This document shows positions 1-11,180 of a DNA stretch of 64,000 nt, piece after piece. Below the pieces are notes generated by a model. That model was not told the origin of the DNA, did not search any database, and was given only the letters and a program-made list of their open reading frames with translations. Origin of the DNA: Octopus bimaculoides (Eukaryota); NCBI RefSeq assembly GCF_001194135.2, contig NC_069004.1, positions 23,434,232 through 23,498,231 of the forward strand, given 5' to 3'. A program made the position numbers and the translations under genes. Numbering within the stretch: position 1 is the stretch's first letter; the number at the start of each line of letters is the position of its first letter.

Positions 1-332
1 GGGTATGACTCCTTCGTGTATCACCTGGTTCGTAATACGGGTGACTAGGCTATAGCCAACACTGCCAGATATTTTGAGCATCTCTGCAGTGATTCCTGAT
101 GGGCCGGGGGCTTTCCCGGTCTTCATACTCTTAATTGCTTTATCTACCCTGGTACTATCAACTCGGATAGCTGGTCCCTCTATTGGGTCGACATAAGGCA
201 GGCTCTCTTTCTCCCATTCATTCTCTTTATTAAGCAATCTATCGTAGTGGCATCTCCAGACCTCTTTCTTTGCATCCTCATTTAATGCAAGCGTACCATC
301 ATCCATGCGAACACATTTCTCTCCTTTGATAA
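1..332 (-). mobile_element. RTE-clade LINE fragment (linker and start of reverse transcriptase), 5'-truncated, runs off the window
   Basis: Minus strand 330->1 is stop-free: KGEKCVRMDDGTLALNEDAKKEVWRCHYDRLLNKENEW...VDKAIKSMKTGKAPGPSGITAEMLKISG...VIHEGVIP. KAPGPSG(I)TAEML is the classic pre-RT motif of non-LTR elements. Confidence 0.85.
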
Positions 333-384
333 ATATAATGTTTTCAACACCCATCTAGCTTATATTGACCATCTAGACGGAAAT

Positions 385-1245
385 CCTATTTCTTCTGATA
401 CATGTGGTATTCTTGGGATTAGCAGAGTTGATCCTACATAAGGACCAGAAGCATCCTCAGCCTCAATAACATGATTCTGTAAACTGACAATGATGTGTGC
501 CATCACAATGCCCATTAGTAGCATCTAAATTTCTCAGAAGCATTATGCATCATTTTTTCTTCAGTTTGAGAATGTGGTGGAAACCCTGATGGTGTAAGTT
601 TGTTGATGAACTCGATTGGGCACAGTGTTTCATTGTCAACTGTATCTGAGCTTCTGTATATTTTTTAGTTCACCAGGGATCCTGGTCAACAGAAATCATT
701 CACAAATTGTGCCGCTTCTTTTGTTGGAGGAACAATGGTTCTATTTGCAAGCCACACAGGGTTTGTGAAGTTATTTTTGAGGCCAGCATATACAAAATCT
801 CATAGATCTGAAAGAGTACCACATTCAAGGCAAAGGTCATTGGGTAGTTTGATTTTAAATTCACCTAGGCTTTGTTCAACAGATACGTTACCATTTCCTA
901 CACCAAGAAAGTAATTAGCAAACTCTCTTTCATCAGAATGACCTTCTGTAAGAAGTCTTAGACTGGTTGTCAACTCCACTACTTCAACATGATTGCAAAG
1001 AAAAGATCTCTTTAGTGTTGCATCAATAATTTGTTATCTGACACCATTATTTTGAAGTAGAATATTCTCCTCTCAAGATACCCTAACCAGTTGGTCATGT
1101 GTAGCAGTAACAGAATCATGTCTATGACTCTGTGTATATTCAAGCATCTGTTTCGATCGCTTTGCCTTGGTTTTATCTCATTCAGTTGCCCGTTTTTCTC
1201 TCTGCTGTTCTGCCTTTGCTGCTAAATTTTCTTTTTCAGTCGCAT
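385..1245 (-). mobile_element. Degenerate Helitron remnant (PIF1-like helicase C-terminal half)
   Basis: Minus-strand translation across frameshifts and stops: QIIDATLKRSFLCNHVEVVELTTSLRLL...WLANRTIVPPTKEAAQFVND...PIEFINKLTPSGFPPH-LKLKK..IMLLRNLDATNGHC.GT..IVSLQNHVIEAE.ASGPYVGSTLLIPRIP, matching Helitron/PIF1 helicase motifs. Confidence 0.8.
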
Positions 1246-1387
1246 ATTATATATAAATGAAAGCTCATTAAAAACTATCTTGTTTAGCATGCTAGAAATA
1301 GCAGCGATCACATAGTTATTATTGTAAGGCTTATAGCGTTCCAAGTAGCCATACCAACAAAATCACTTCTTCATCTAAAAAAAAAAA

Positions 1388-1654
1388 TATACTGGTATAT
1401 TAGAGAATTTTCATCTTATCAAAAATATTCATTTAACAAACTCCGGAAACTGATAATATTCTTGAAATTGTGCCTCGTATCAAAGTTATACAGCTATTTT
1501 GTTTAATAGCATGCATTCATTCAACACAAAATCACTTAAAAATTATACCTGTATATCAAAATATTTTCGTTTTATCAAATATATTAATCTAATAAACTCT
1601 GGAATCTGATAATATTCTTGAAATTGTGTCTCATTTCAAAGTTATATAGCTATT
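1388..1654. repeat. Two ~110-bp direct repeats (period ~157 bp) next to the Helitron remnant
   Basis: 1388-1498 and 1545-1654 share 'aactc(c/t)ggaa(a/t)ctgataatattcttgaaattgtg(c/t)ctc.t.tcaaagttata(c/t)agctatt'. Confidence 0.7.
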
Positions 1655-2395
1655 ATTAAATTATCATTAATGAAAATAGAGGCGAGTGTGAATGAGAGAC
1701 TGCTGCAAACAAAAATATAAAATATTGCCCTCAACGAATTAATAGTGTTTATTATTTAAACATTAAAATCTGTTCCGCAGTGAATGCAATGAATATTTAA
1801 ATTTGCAAGAATTTGGAGCTAAAAAAATTCAAGAAACTTCAGAAATCGAAATTATAGGAAATTTCTTAGAACATGAATTTATAAAGATATTTCCAGACAG
1901 TCAACCCTTTAATAATTGCTTTCTTTTAGTACTTTTAGTAATTGTTACATACCTAATTAATAAGCAGCTTTCTCCATTATAGTATAGATGTCAGTGAATT
2001 AGCAGAATTCAAAAACAAATAACAGAACTGAATTAGATGATATTTTTCTTTTACTTGTTTCAGTCATTGGTTTGCAGCCATGCTGGGGCACTGCCGTGAT
2101 GGGTTCAAGCTACCAAATTGATCCCAGCATATATTTTATTCGGCTGGTAATTATTCTGTCAGTTTCTTTTGCTGTTCCATTAAATTACTTGGACGTAAGC
2201 AAACCAATGCTGGTTGTCAAGCATTGGTTGTCAAGCAATGGGACTTCATAATTGCTTTGTAGTTGCAAAGTGATCTTCTTAACCATTATGTGGTGTATTC
2301 CAGAATTTTTGAGACTTTTTTCCTGGAGAAACAGTTGTAATTGTCCTAGATTATTGAAATTTGAGTATTTCATAACTATACTTAACCATCTGGGG

Positions 2396-2850
2396 ACAGG
2401 CATGGCTCAGTGGTAAGAAGCCTGCTTCCCAACCACATAGTTCTGGGTTCAGTCCCACAAAATGGAACCTTGGGTAAATGTCTTCTACTATAGCCATTTG
2501 CTGACCAAAGCTGTGTGTGAGGGGATTTGGTAGTTGGAAGCTGAAAGAAGCCTCTCATATATATGTGTGTATGTGTGTGTGTGTGTGTGTGTGTCCCCTC
2601 TCACCATCGTTTAACAACTGATGCTGGCGTGTTTGTCTATCCACAACTTAGCAGTTTGGCAAAAGAGACTGATAGAATAAGTACTAGGCAACTACATATT
2701 CTATCAGTTTTAACTTAACAAGAGGGACCGATAGGTTAAGTACCAGGTTTAAAAAATAAGTATTGGGTCAATTTGTTTGACTAAAAATTCTTCAAATTGG
2801 TGCCCCAGTATGGCCACAGTCTAATGACTGAAAAGATAAAAGATTAACTT
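2396..2850 (+). mobile_element. tRNA-derived SINE, family A (tRNA head, CORE-like segment, internal (TA/TG)n, 3' module)
   Basis: Head 'ggctcagtggtaagaag...gggttcagtcccac' carries A/B boxes. It is followed by 'accttgggtaaatgtcttctactatagcc', a microsatellite and the module '...ccccagtatggccacagtctaatgactgaa'. The same layout recurs more than 15 times in the window. Confidence 0.8.
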
Positions 2851-3894
2851 TTTTTGTTTGTCTCTTAATAAAAGAGGGTGGTGGGAAAATTTGTACCTCT
2901 GATTCTAACCTTGATTTTCTGCATAGAGTTTCTTTTTATGCTAAAAACCAGAATCTGCAGAATTTAGTTATGGTTTGTGCCTTTCTGTTTTCTTTTACTT
3001 GTTTGAATCATTAGACTGTGGCCAGGCTGGGGCACCGACTTAAAGAGTTTTTAATCGAACGAATTGACCCCAGTACTTTTTTAAAACCTAGTACTTATTG
3101 CATCAATCTTCTTTGCTGAACTGCAGTATAGGCTTGGTCACTTTAAGTGAACAAGCATATACTGCATATCTGGGCCATACATATTCTTCATTTAGAAATT
3201 TTAATTTGTCTACATTTAGCTAAGTAGAAGAATGTTACATCGATATGACTGTGTGATTTGGAAGCTCGCTTTGCAACCATGTGGCTTGGGGTTCACTCCC
3301 ACTGCATGGCAACTTTGACTAATCCCTTGGTTGACCAGTACCTTGTGAGTGAATAATTGATTTGGAGTCTAAACGTAATATATATAACTCATGATTTATG
3401 AATAAAACAAAACCACATTAAAATACAAATCCTGCACAATAGCCATGATTCTTCCACCATACAAGTTTGTTTAAAAGGAAGACAAAGAAAAGAAGAAAAA
3501 TGTGGAGAAAGAAGAAAAAGAGAAGAGAAAAAATGAGAAAAAAACATCAATGCAGCACCAAATGCTTCAGTTGGTTGCACACCACAAGGTTCAACCTCAG
3601 AGAGGTGGAGGAGTAAGGGGAAATAGGCCCCATGGTGGGGTGGTGGTTTTAAGGATTGAAAAATTATCATATTTAATTAAATTAAATAATTTTAAAGCAT
3701 TTATAACTCGTCCAGTAACATAACAAAAAATGAAGTACATAAATACAAAATCGATTTTGTTTCCCATAAATAAAGATGCAAGGATCAAAATAGTTTACTG
3801 ATACATTTTTGTGAAAGTACACTTGGTAGTGGTCATGACTTGGTTGTCCGCTAATCGCTAGACTATCCTCTTTGCATCATTACTCCAATATTGA

Positions 3895-4110
3895 TTTCAA
3901 ATTTTGGCACAGAGGCTGCAGGTTTGAGGGAGTAATTAAGTCGATTCCATTGACCCCACCCCCAATGCTCAAGTGGTGCTTATTTTATTGACCCCAAAAG
4001 AGGAAAGGCAAAGTTGACTTTGGCAGAATTTGAACACAGAACATAAACATGGACGAAATGCTGCTAAGTATTTTATCTGGCATGCTAATGATTCAGCCAG
4101 CTCGCTGCCC
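3895..4110 (-). mobile_element. tRNA-derived SINE, family C (MetaSINE-like central domain)
   Basis: Reverse complement reads 'ggcagcgagctggctgaatcattagcatgcc...gtgttcaaattctgccaaagtcaactttgcctttcctcttttggggtcaataaaataagcacc'; a recurrent family in this window. The Meta-domain label is from memory. Confidence 0.75.
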
Positions 4111-5319
4111 TTTTGTACTCTAATACAACTGGAGAAATAAGAGTACATGATTTTCATAGCTATTGTTTACATCCATGAATCCTTGAGTCCATGCACTCTC
4201 CTGGTTTATTTATATATTCCATTTAAGGCTAACAAAAAAGAAAAGAAACGAATACAGGTGTTTAAACTTCAAGAAAAAGGCTTCATATAAACGATAATGA
4301 AATCAAACTAAAATAAATGATTAAATAGGAGTGGGTGGGGTACGATGAGTAAGATTTACTGCACTTTTGACTTTGAGAAAAGAATATTTTTTACTAATTT
4401 CCCTACTTTACAAAAACCATATCAGTTAAGCAAATGACCTTCTGTAAATGTAACAAAAGCACTATAACCTAAATTAGAACACTATTTCAGAAAATTAACT
4501 CTGTTCTGTTTGAGTATATAAAAGACAAATTTAGCTGGGGCAAAATGAGTTAGACAAGGTAAGGTAAATTTGCCTCTTCAGCTCTCCAGAGTTACATTTG
4601 AGAAAAGACTCACACTCATCAATATCCAACCCTTGACATCAAAAAGATTAGAAATGCAACAAAAATGTTAAAAAGAAAAAATTGGCACATAATATGAAAT
4701 TAACGAAATTCAACTCAGTCTAAAAGCACAACATAAAATATCCTCTATAGCTTCTTTACGATCTGCTGGAGTAGCTCTCTTCATGATATATTTATGCACC
4801 ATGTAATTAAATAAAAAAATTATTAAAATTAGTCATTACTCATTTTGCTCCAGTTTAGACAATTTTTTGGAAAATTGAAAATGATCAAATTAGGCTTTGG
4901 TATTAGAAAAATTGACTCGGAATCTGCCATTAATATATTTGCTTTGTGATCCTTTCTTCATTATTTTGGTATGTGCAGTAAGGGATCTAATTCACAGAAG
5001 ATGGTCTGAATCAGTCACAAACAAGTCAGTAGTTGTTTCCCATAGTCATCGGTAAAAGACATTGGATACTTTCCCTTCACTTTTCATGCATCATGCATTA
5101 AATAGGTTTAGTACTAATTCAACTAGAATAAATGATGCTAGCAAGATCAGAAGAAAGTCCATGTTTTATAAATGTTATAAATGTTTTATTTCTAATTTGG
5201 TGCAGAAATTATTAAATCTTTATAAAAGTGTTTCATTATGTTAAAGATTTCAATTGTGTCTTCGACTGTGTTCCATACTCATGCTTGTGGAAAATATAAG
5301 GCAGGAAATATGATAACGC

Positions 5320-5500
5320 ATGTAAAGCAGCGAGCTGGCAGAATCGTTAGCACATTGGGCAAAATGTTTAACAGCATTTTGTCTGTATTTATGTTTTGAG
5401 TTCAAATTCGGCTGAAGTTTACCTTTGCTTTCTTTCCTCCAGGGTCGATAAAATAAGTACCAGTTGAGTACTGAGGTCGATGCAAGGGACTTATCCTCTT
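5320..5500 (+). mobile_element. SINE family C
   Basis: 'aaagcagcgagctggcagaatcgttagcac...gagttcaaattcggctgaagtttacctttgctttctttcctccagggtcgataaaataagtaccagttg'. Confidence 0.75.
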
Positions 5501-5949
5501 CTCTGAAATCAATATTGTGGGGCATTTAATGTTTAAAAATAAATTTGAATAATAGTTAATGCTGAAGATTAAATAAAAAAATCCAGTGTTTATATATGAA
5601 GATTAAAACTAAAAAGTCTCTTTTATTCAATGAATAAAATAAAATAAAATAAGATAATTTAAAAGGCTCTCTAATTTTATTATGTTAGTCACACAGTCTA
5701 GATAAGGACCTACAGCCATTATTTTCTGGGAGTATTTCCGATGTATTTTCAATATTTGCTTAAAATTTTTCTTTGAGAAAAATATAAAATTAATTATACT
5801 GTCTAACTGAAAAGAACCGTGTTTTGATAACTGAATAAATTTTAAATTAAAAGGAAGAGAAAGCGAAGTAGAAAATCTAAAAGTATATCAATTCATATGA
5901 AGGCCTAAAATTTCCGTAATGTCAAAGTGAAAGTTTGTTATTTAGCCTC

Positions 5950-6126
5950 TGCAGACAATCGTCATTACAACACCGGTGTCATGCCGGCGCCCTGGCGGGA
6001 TATTTATCAATCGAGTCAACTCATTGAACTCCTCTGATTGATTTTAACAGATTAACGCGTTGGATTTAAATACATATATATATTACTGTTTTGGTATACA
6101 AAAGGACTTGAGTTCAAAGCATAAAG
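5950..6126 (+). promoter_or_regulatory. Putative INTS13 promoter / 5' UTR, CpG-retaining patch
   Basis: Local GC/CpG-rich patch 'caccggtgtcatgccggcgccctggcgggat' with an E2F-like TGGCGGGA and an ACGCGT, just upstream of the ATG in otherwise AT-rich DNA. A possible acceptor 'ttttaacag' ends at 6050. Confidence 0.3.
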
Positions 6127-6348
6127 ATGTCATTCCCAAACTCTCACAAAACCGTAATCGTTCTGGACAGAAGTCCTTATTTTGCTCAATCTTCGAAGCA
6201 AACGGTGGAATACGATGTGTTATCGAAATCAAAGAGCCCCGGTTTAATACCCGCCGCTCCTATCACCAAATCCCTTTGGACTTCATGTGTGGAATCGGTC
6301 ATAGAATTTATCAGGATTGTCTACGACATATTCCCCACTCAGAAACTG
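6127..6348 (+). CDS. INTS13: Integrator complex subunit 13 (Asunder), coding exon 1, 74 codons, phase 0
   Basis: MSFPNSHKTVIVLDRSPYFAQSSKQTVEYDVL...PITKSLWTSCVESVIEFIRIVYDIFPTQKL aligns with the INTS13 N-terminus (SHKTVFVVDHCPY...PISKSLWTCSVES..EYCRIMYDIFP.KKL). Donor CTG|gtaaaa at 6349. Confidence 0.93.
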
Positions 6349-6424
6349 GTAAAAGAAAAACAAATTCCCTTCTTCATATCTTATAAGTTTATTTTCTTAT
6401 TGTTTACATGTGTTTTCGAATTTC

Positions 6425-6760
6425 TTTCATCTTGTATCTTTCATTTTTTACTTGTTTAACTTATTTGACTGCAGCCATGCTGGGGCACCGCCTTGAAAAA
6501 ATTCAATCTTATCTTTTATAAAGTCTTGTTCTTATTTTATTGGTCTCTTAGGCGAACCGCTAAGTTACGGGGGCATAAACAAACCAAGATCGGTGGGGGA
6601 CAAACAGACGCACACACATAGTTTCAGTCTACCAAATCAACACACAAGTCTTTGGTCAGTCCGAGGCTGTGGTGGAAGATACTTGCCCAAGGTGCTACGC
6701 AGTGGGACTGAACCCGGAACCATGTGGTTGCGAAGCAAACATCTTACCTCACGCTATAGT
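6425..6760 (-). mobile_element. SINE family A, minus copy in INTS13 intron 1
   Basis: Reverse complement of the family A head ('gtgggactgaacccggaaccatgtggttg') and 3' module ('tttgactgcagccatgctggggcaccgcc'). Confidence 0.75.
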
Positions 6761-6789
6761 CTTTTTTGTCTGGAGGTAAGTACAGTTCG

Positions 6790-6930
6790 CACGACCTTTT
6801 ACTGGGTTCCTATTCAGGTAGGAGGCCGCTCGGACAAAATGCCTACCAGTAGTTTACGACCTTTCACGTTCTCAGTTCAAGTCCCGTCGAAGTTAACTTT
6901 GCCTTTCGTCCATCTGGGGGTCGATAATAT
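6790..6930 (+). mobile_element. SINE family C, partial
   Basis: 'ttcacgttctcagttcaagtcccgtcgaagttaactttgcctttcgtccatctggggtcgataat'. Confidence 0.6.
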
Positions 6931-6949
6931 CAACCGGACTTAAAAATTG

Positions 6950-7290
6950 CAGGCGTGGCTGTATGGTATGAGGCTCGCTTCCCAACCACATGGTTCCGAG
7001 TTCAGTCCCACTGCGTGGTAACTTGGACAAGTGTCTTCTACTACAGCCTCAGGCTGAACAAAGCCTTGTGAGTGGATTTTGTTGATGGAAACTGAAAGAA
7101 GCCCGTCGTATATGTATATGTACGAAGTTTTTGACAACTGATACTGGTGTGTATATGTCCCCGTAATCTAGCCGTTCGGCAAAAAGAGACCGATAGAATA
7201 AGTACTAGTCTGCAAAGAATAAGCCCTGGGGTTGAGTTGTTTGACAAAAACTCTTCAAGGTGATGTTCCAGTATGCCGCACTCAAATGAC
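6950..7290 (+). mobile_element. SINE family A
   Basis: 'gcaggcgtggctgtatgg...ggttccgagttcagtcccactgcgtgg...gaaactgaaagaagcccgtcg' followed by the 3' module. Confidence 0.75.
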
Positions 7291-7399
7291 TGGAATTTGG
7301 AAGGCTGGACCTCCAACCAGGCCTTTCGCAATGCCATTATAGCCAGGAACTTCTCAGCACCCCCTTGTATATATGTGTGTGTGTATGATCATTATCATA

Positions 7400-7960
7400 A
7401 TCAGTATCATTTAATGTTTGCTTTCCATCCTGGCATGGGTTGGACAATTTGACAGGAACTGGCCAGTTGGGGAGCTCCATCAGGTTCCAATTGTCTGTTT
7501 TGGCATGGTTTTACAACTGGATGCTCTTCTTAACACCAACCACTTCACAGAGTGTACTGGACACTTTTACGTGTCACCAGCATGAGTGCTTTTTATGTGA
7601 CATCAGCACCCACAAACCTTTAAGGGAAGGGCCTCTCAAGTAAGAGAGGGTTGTAGAGGACATACCTGTGTGTATGAATGGCCAGTTTTAATTAGCTTGA
7701 TGTGTCATCTCAGGCACTGCAAACCACCAAAAGTCTTGGTTCCTTGTCATCGCCTCTGTGAAGCCCAGCACCCTGAAGACACTTTCTTATCCCTTTGTCC
7801 CATATCTTCCTGGGTCTATCTCTTCCACAGGTAACCTCCACAATTAGGAATCAACACTTCCTTCTGCAGTTGTCCTCATCTATACACACCACATGGCCAT
7901 ACCAGTGCACACGACAACTGATGCTCTTATACCCAAGTGTTTTCTTACCACACATTTTGT
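7400..7960 (-). mobile_element. RTE LINE 3' end (C-terminal ORF remnant and 3' UTR)
   Basis: Minus translation HWYGHVVCIDEDNCRRKC*FLIVEVTCGRDRPRKIWD matches the RTE C-terminus (WYGHV.RM.....KKC...V.G.RGRGRPRK.W). The UTR ends in 'gcaaacattaaatgat'. Confidence 0.7.
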
Positions 7961-8326
7961 GGTAATTGTAAACAAGTGTCACTGTCATACCAGCAGTGTC
8001 ATTCATTTCCAATATTCTCTGAAAACATGTCTGGTCATAGGGGAATATTACCTTGCTTGGAAACAGGTGACAGTTGGTGGTAGTAATGGTATCTGGCCAT
8101 AGATAATCAGCCTCAAATTCATTCTGACCCATGCAAGCATGGAAAAGTGGACGTTAAATGATGATGATGAACATAACAAACAAAAATGAACGGAGTGTTT
8201 TATTTGGGAGATATATTTGCTTGCTCCTTTCGTCCCTTCCTGAAACCACCGGTGAACTGTTATTACCCATCCTTCTTACTTGATGCCACTGAGAATCTTG
8301 ATGCTTTTTATTCTTTGCAATTTCAG

Positions 8327-8392
8327 ATCCGTGTTGTTAGTGGAGTCCACTCATTGAATACATGGACTCAGAAGGACCAAGGAATGCAGCAG
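8327..8392 (+). CDS. INTS13: INTS13 coding exon 2, 22 codons, phase 0/0
   Basis: Acceptor 'ttctttgcaatttcag|', IRVVSGVHSLNTWTQKDQGMQQ (cf. GAHVLNSWTQEDQNLQE), donor CAG|gtaaga. Confidence 0.9.
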
Positions 8393-8632
8393 GTAAGATT
8401 TGAACTTACATCCATTCACTTACTGATTAACTCCCTTACCGTTATCATAGAGCCACAGCAGCAAAAATCTGTATGCTGAAACAGTCATCAACACTGTGAG
8501 TTACTGTGCAGTTACTTAACTTGCTAGAAATAGCAGCCAAATCTCCTTCAAATTAGACAATTCCATCTTAAATAAGGAAGAATATAATCCTTAGTATACT
8601 AAATGACAAAACAATAACAGAACAACTTAGAT

Positions 8633-8885
8633 CTGCGGTTCTCAACCATTTTTTTGTCAGTGGACCCCTTTGATTCCTCTTTTATTCAGTGAGTTAGGGT
8701 TCCTCTTAGCCATTCAATGTCTAAAAAATCCTATTATATTTTTATAATTAAATATTATTAGGAATTGTATAAAACAAATATTTTGTGTATTGCCGATGTA
8801 TAAGCAATTTATTGCACATAAATTTTGACAGCAAATTCTTATATGGGCCCTTAAGGGCCATATGGACCCTGGTTGAGAACCATTG
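8633..8885. mobile_element. hAT-like MITE (TIR CAGTGGTTCTCAACC type)
   Basis: Termini 'ctgcggttctcaacc' and 'ggttgagaaccattg'; internal 'tggacccc...gattcc' shared with the other copies. Confidence 0.7.
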
Positions 8886-8979
8886 CTTTAAATCATAGGT
8901 TTGCTGGATGAGTGCTGACCTGGGACCTAAACAAGTTCAGCTATTAATACAATGACTGCATTCACCTTAATTACTAAGC

Positions 8980-9840
8980 TGCAGGTGTGGCTGTGTGGTA
9001 AGAAGCTTGCTTCCCAACCACATGGTTCTAGGTTCAATCCCACAGCGTGGCACTTTGGGCAAGTGTCTTCTACTATAGCTTTAGGCTGACCAAAACCTTG
9101 TGAGTGGATTTGGTGAATGGAAACTGAAAGAATCCCATCGTGTATATATATGTATATATATATATATTTTGACGACTGGCACCCATGCCAACGTTGTCTC
9201 CTTCATTGGACACTAAACTTGGCTTGCGAAGACCTGTTGGGGCAAGCGAAAGCGAAATCGTGATGACACCTGTGCCCAGCGTCGCCTTCCTGGCACTTGT
9301 GCCGGTAGCACATGTAAAGACATTCAAGCGAGATCGTTGCCAGTGCCGCTGGACTGGCTCCTGTGCAGGTGGCACGTAAAATACACCATTTTGAGCCTGG
9401 CTGTTGCCTGTACCTACTGACTGGCCTTCGTGCCGGTGGCGTGTAAAAGCACCCACTACACTCTCTGAGTGGTTGGCGTTAGGAAGGGCATCTAGCTGTA
9501 GAAACTCTGCCAAATCAGATTGGAGCCTGATGTAGCCATCTGGTTTTCACCAGTCCTCAGTCAAATCGTCCAACCCATGCTAGCATGGAAAGCGGATGTT
9601 AAACGATGATGATGATATATAAATCTATGTGTATCTCTTTGTGTTTGTCCTCCCCAATCATCATTGACTGCTGGTGTTGGTGTGTTTATGTCCCCATAAC
9701 TAAGCAGTTTGGCAAAGGGACCAATAGACTAAGTACTAGGCTTAAAAATAAGTCCTGGGATTGAAATGCTCAACAAAAACAATTCAAGGTGGTGCTCCAG
9801 CGTGGCCAGAGTCAAATGACTGAACCAAGTAAAAGAATAC
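8980..9840 (+). mobile_element. SINE family A with an RTE-3'-UTR-derived element (family B, ~9170-9618) nested in its microsatellite
   Basis: Family A head at 8980-9140 and (TA)n, then family B ending 'ccaacccatgctagcatggaaagcggatgttaaacgatgatgatgat', then the family A 3' module resumes. Confidence 0.8.
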
Positions 9841-10014
9841 AATGGTTCTCTTCATATTGACCGTCAGTGCATATATTGATTGCTTCCTTCACTCCCTGCT
9901 TTAACCATGCATGGAGAATTCTTAAGAAATGTGCTTACTGTTGCCCGACTCTCACCACTCCCCTCACACAACATTGTCCAGTGACTGAAGATAGCCAAGA
10001 AGAAAAAGTAGCTT

Positions 10015-10295
10015 TTTCTTTCTTTTCTTTTCTTTTACTTGTTTCAGTCATTTGACTGCGGCCATGCTGGAGCACCGCCTTTAGTCGAGCAAATCGACCC
10101 CAGGACTTATTCTTTGGATGCCTAGTACTTATTCTATCGGTCTCCCTTGCTGAACTGCTAAGTTACGGGGATGTAAACACACCAGCATCGGTTGTCAAGC
10201 GATGTTGGGGGGAGAAACACAGAGACAAAGACACACACATACACTTACATATATACATATATATATATACGATTGATTTCTTTCAGTTTCTGTTT
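10015..10295 (-). mobile_element. SINE family A (3' module), cut by a gap
   Basis: 'ttttacttgtttcagtcatttgactgcggccatgctggagcaccgcctttagtcgagcaaatcgacccc'. Confidence 0.75.
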
Positions 10296-10814
10296 ACAAN
10301 NNNNNNNNNNNNNNNNNNNNNNNNNNNNNNNNNNNNNNNNNNNNNNNNNNNNNNNNNNNNNNNNNNNNNNNNNNNNNNCACTCGCACCTCCACATCCACA
10401 TGCGGGCATATGTGTGATGCCTCGACCGACATAATAAAAGTTAATCTGTCTGTGGCACCGAGCAGTTTCAGCAATCAATAATCTACAAACACCATACAAC
10501 GTTTCAACAAGAGATGCATAGAGGAGAGTAGCAAAAAAGCAGCTGCGGTGCTACACCTCCTTTGCATCGAAAACTATGGCAGCAGTGGCATTTCAGTGTT
10601 GCAGTTATATGGAATACCTCAAGTGCCACAATAAGACTATTTGACTTTTTGCTGGAGGTTGGTCAGTTGTTTGTCGTACAGTCTTTATGCGATAAACCCA
10701 GAAGCTAGAGTAGCCCAAGGTCAGTGTCTAACCCTTTTGCCATACAATGCGTCAGTGAAGTCATGGTGGGATTTCGAAACTGTTTATTGATGTCACTTGC
10801 AACACTACGCATTT

Positions 10815-10995
10815 CATATGTAGTGGCCCTGTGGTGAGAAGCTTGCTTCCCAACCACATGGTTCTAGGTTCAGTCCCACTGCATGGCACCTTGGGCGAGT
10901 ATCTCATACTATAGCCTCGGACTGACCAAAGCCTAATGAGTGGATTTGGTAGACAGAAACTGAAAGAAGCCCATTGTGTGTATGTGTGTGTGTAT
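10815..10995 (+). mobile_element. SINE family A head
   Basis: 'gtggtgagaagcttgcttcccaaccacatggttctaggttcagtcccactgcatggcaccttgggcgag'. Confidence 0.75.
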
Positions 10996-11004
10996 ATATA
11001 TATA

Positions 11005-11180
11005 TGGGAGAATTTACGAAAAAAACAACAGACGAGGACAGGTGGTGTAAACAACAAAAGGATGTATTAGTTTAACGCTCGGGAATAGAGAAAGTCTTTA
11101 ACGTTTCGAGCTACGCTCTTCAACAGAAAGAAATAAGGAGAAAAACTAGGAGAAAAAAAATTTAAATGTCGTGGTCATAC
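11005..11180 (-). mobile_element. Penelope-like element terminal fragment with a minimal hammerhead-like motif (11095-11131)
   Basis: Minus strand TCTTT-CTGTTGA-A-GAGC-GTA-GCTC-GAA-ACGT-T-AAAGA has the architecture of the minimal type-I hammerheads described in Penelope-like elements. Confidence 0.5.

Noticed and set aside
2396-2470. tRNA-like A/B boxes here and in all SINE heads
   Set aside because: No complete cloverleaf or acceptor stem; they continue into SINE bodies, so they are not tRNA genes.
6349-6459. C-terminal part of the 110-aa ORF 6127-6459
   Set aside because: Read-through past the GT donor at 6349; similarity to INTS13 stops at TQKL.
9073-9513. 146-aa ORF (MAEFLQLDALPNANHSESVVG...) and look-alikes at 13932, 24261 and 31300
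   Set aside because: Antisense translations of the RTE 3'-UTR-derived repeat, recurring wherever the repeat occurs.
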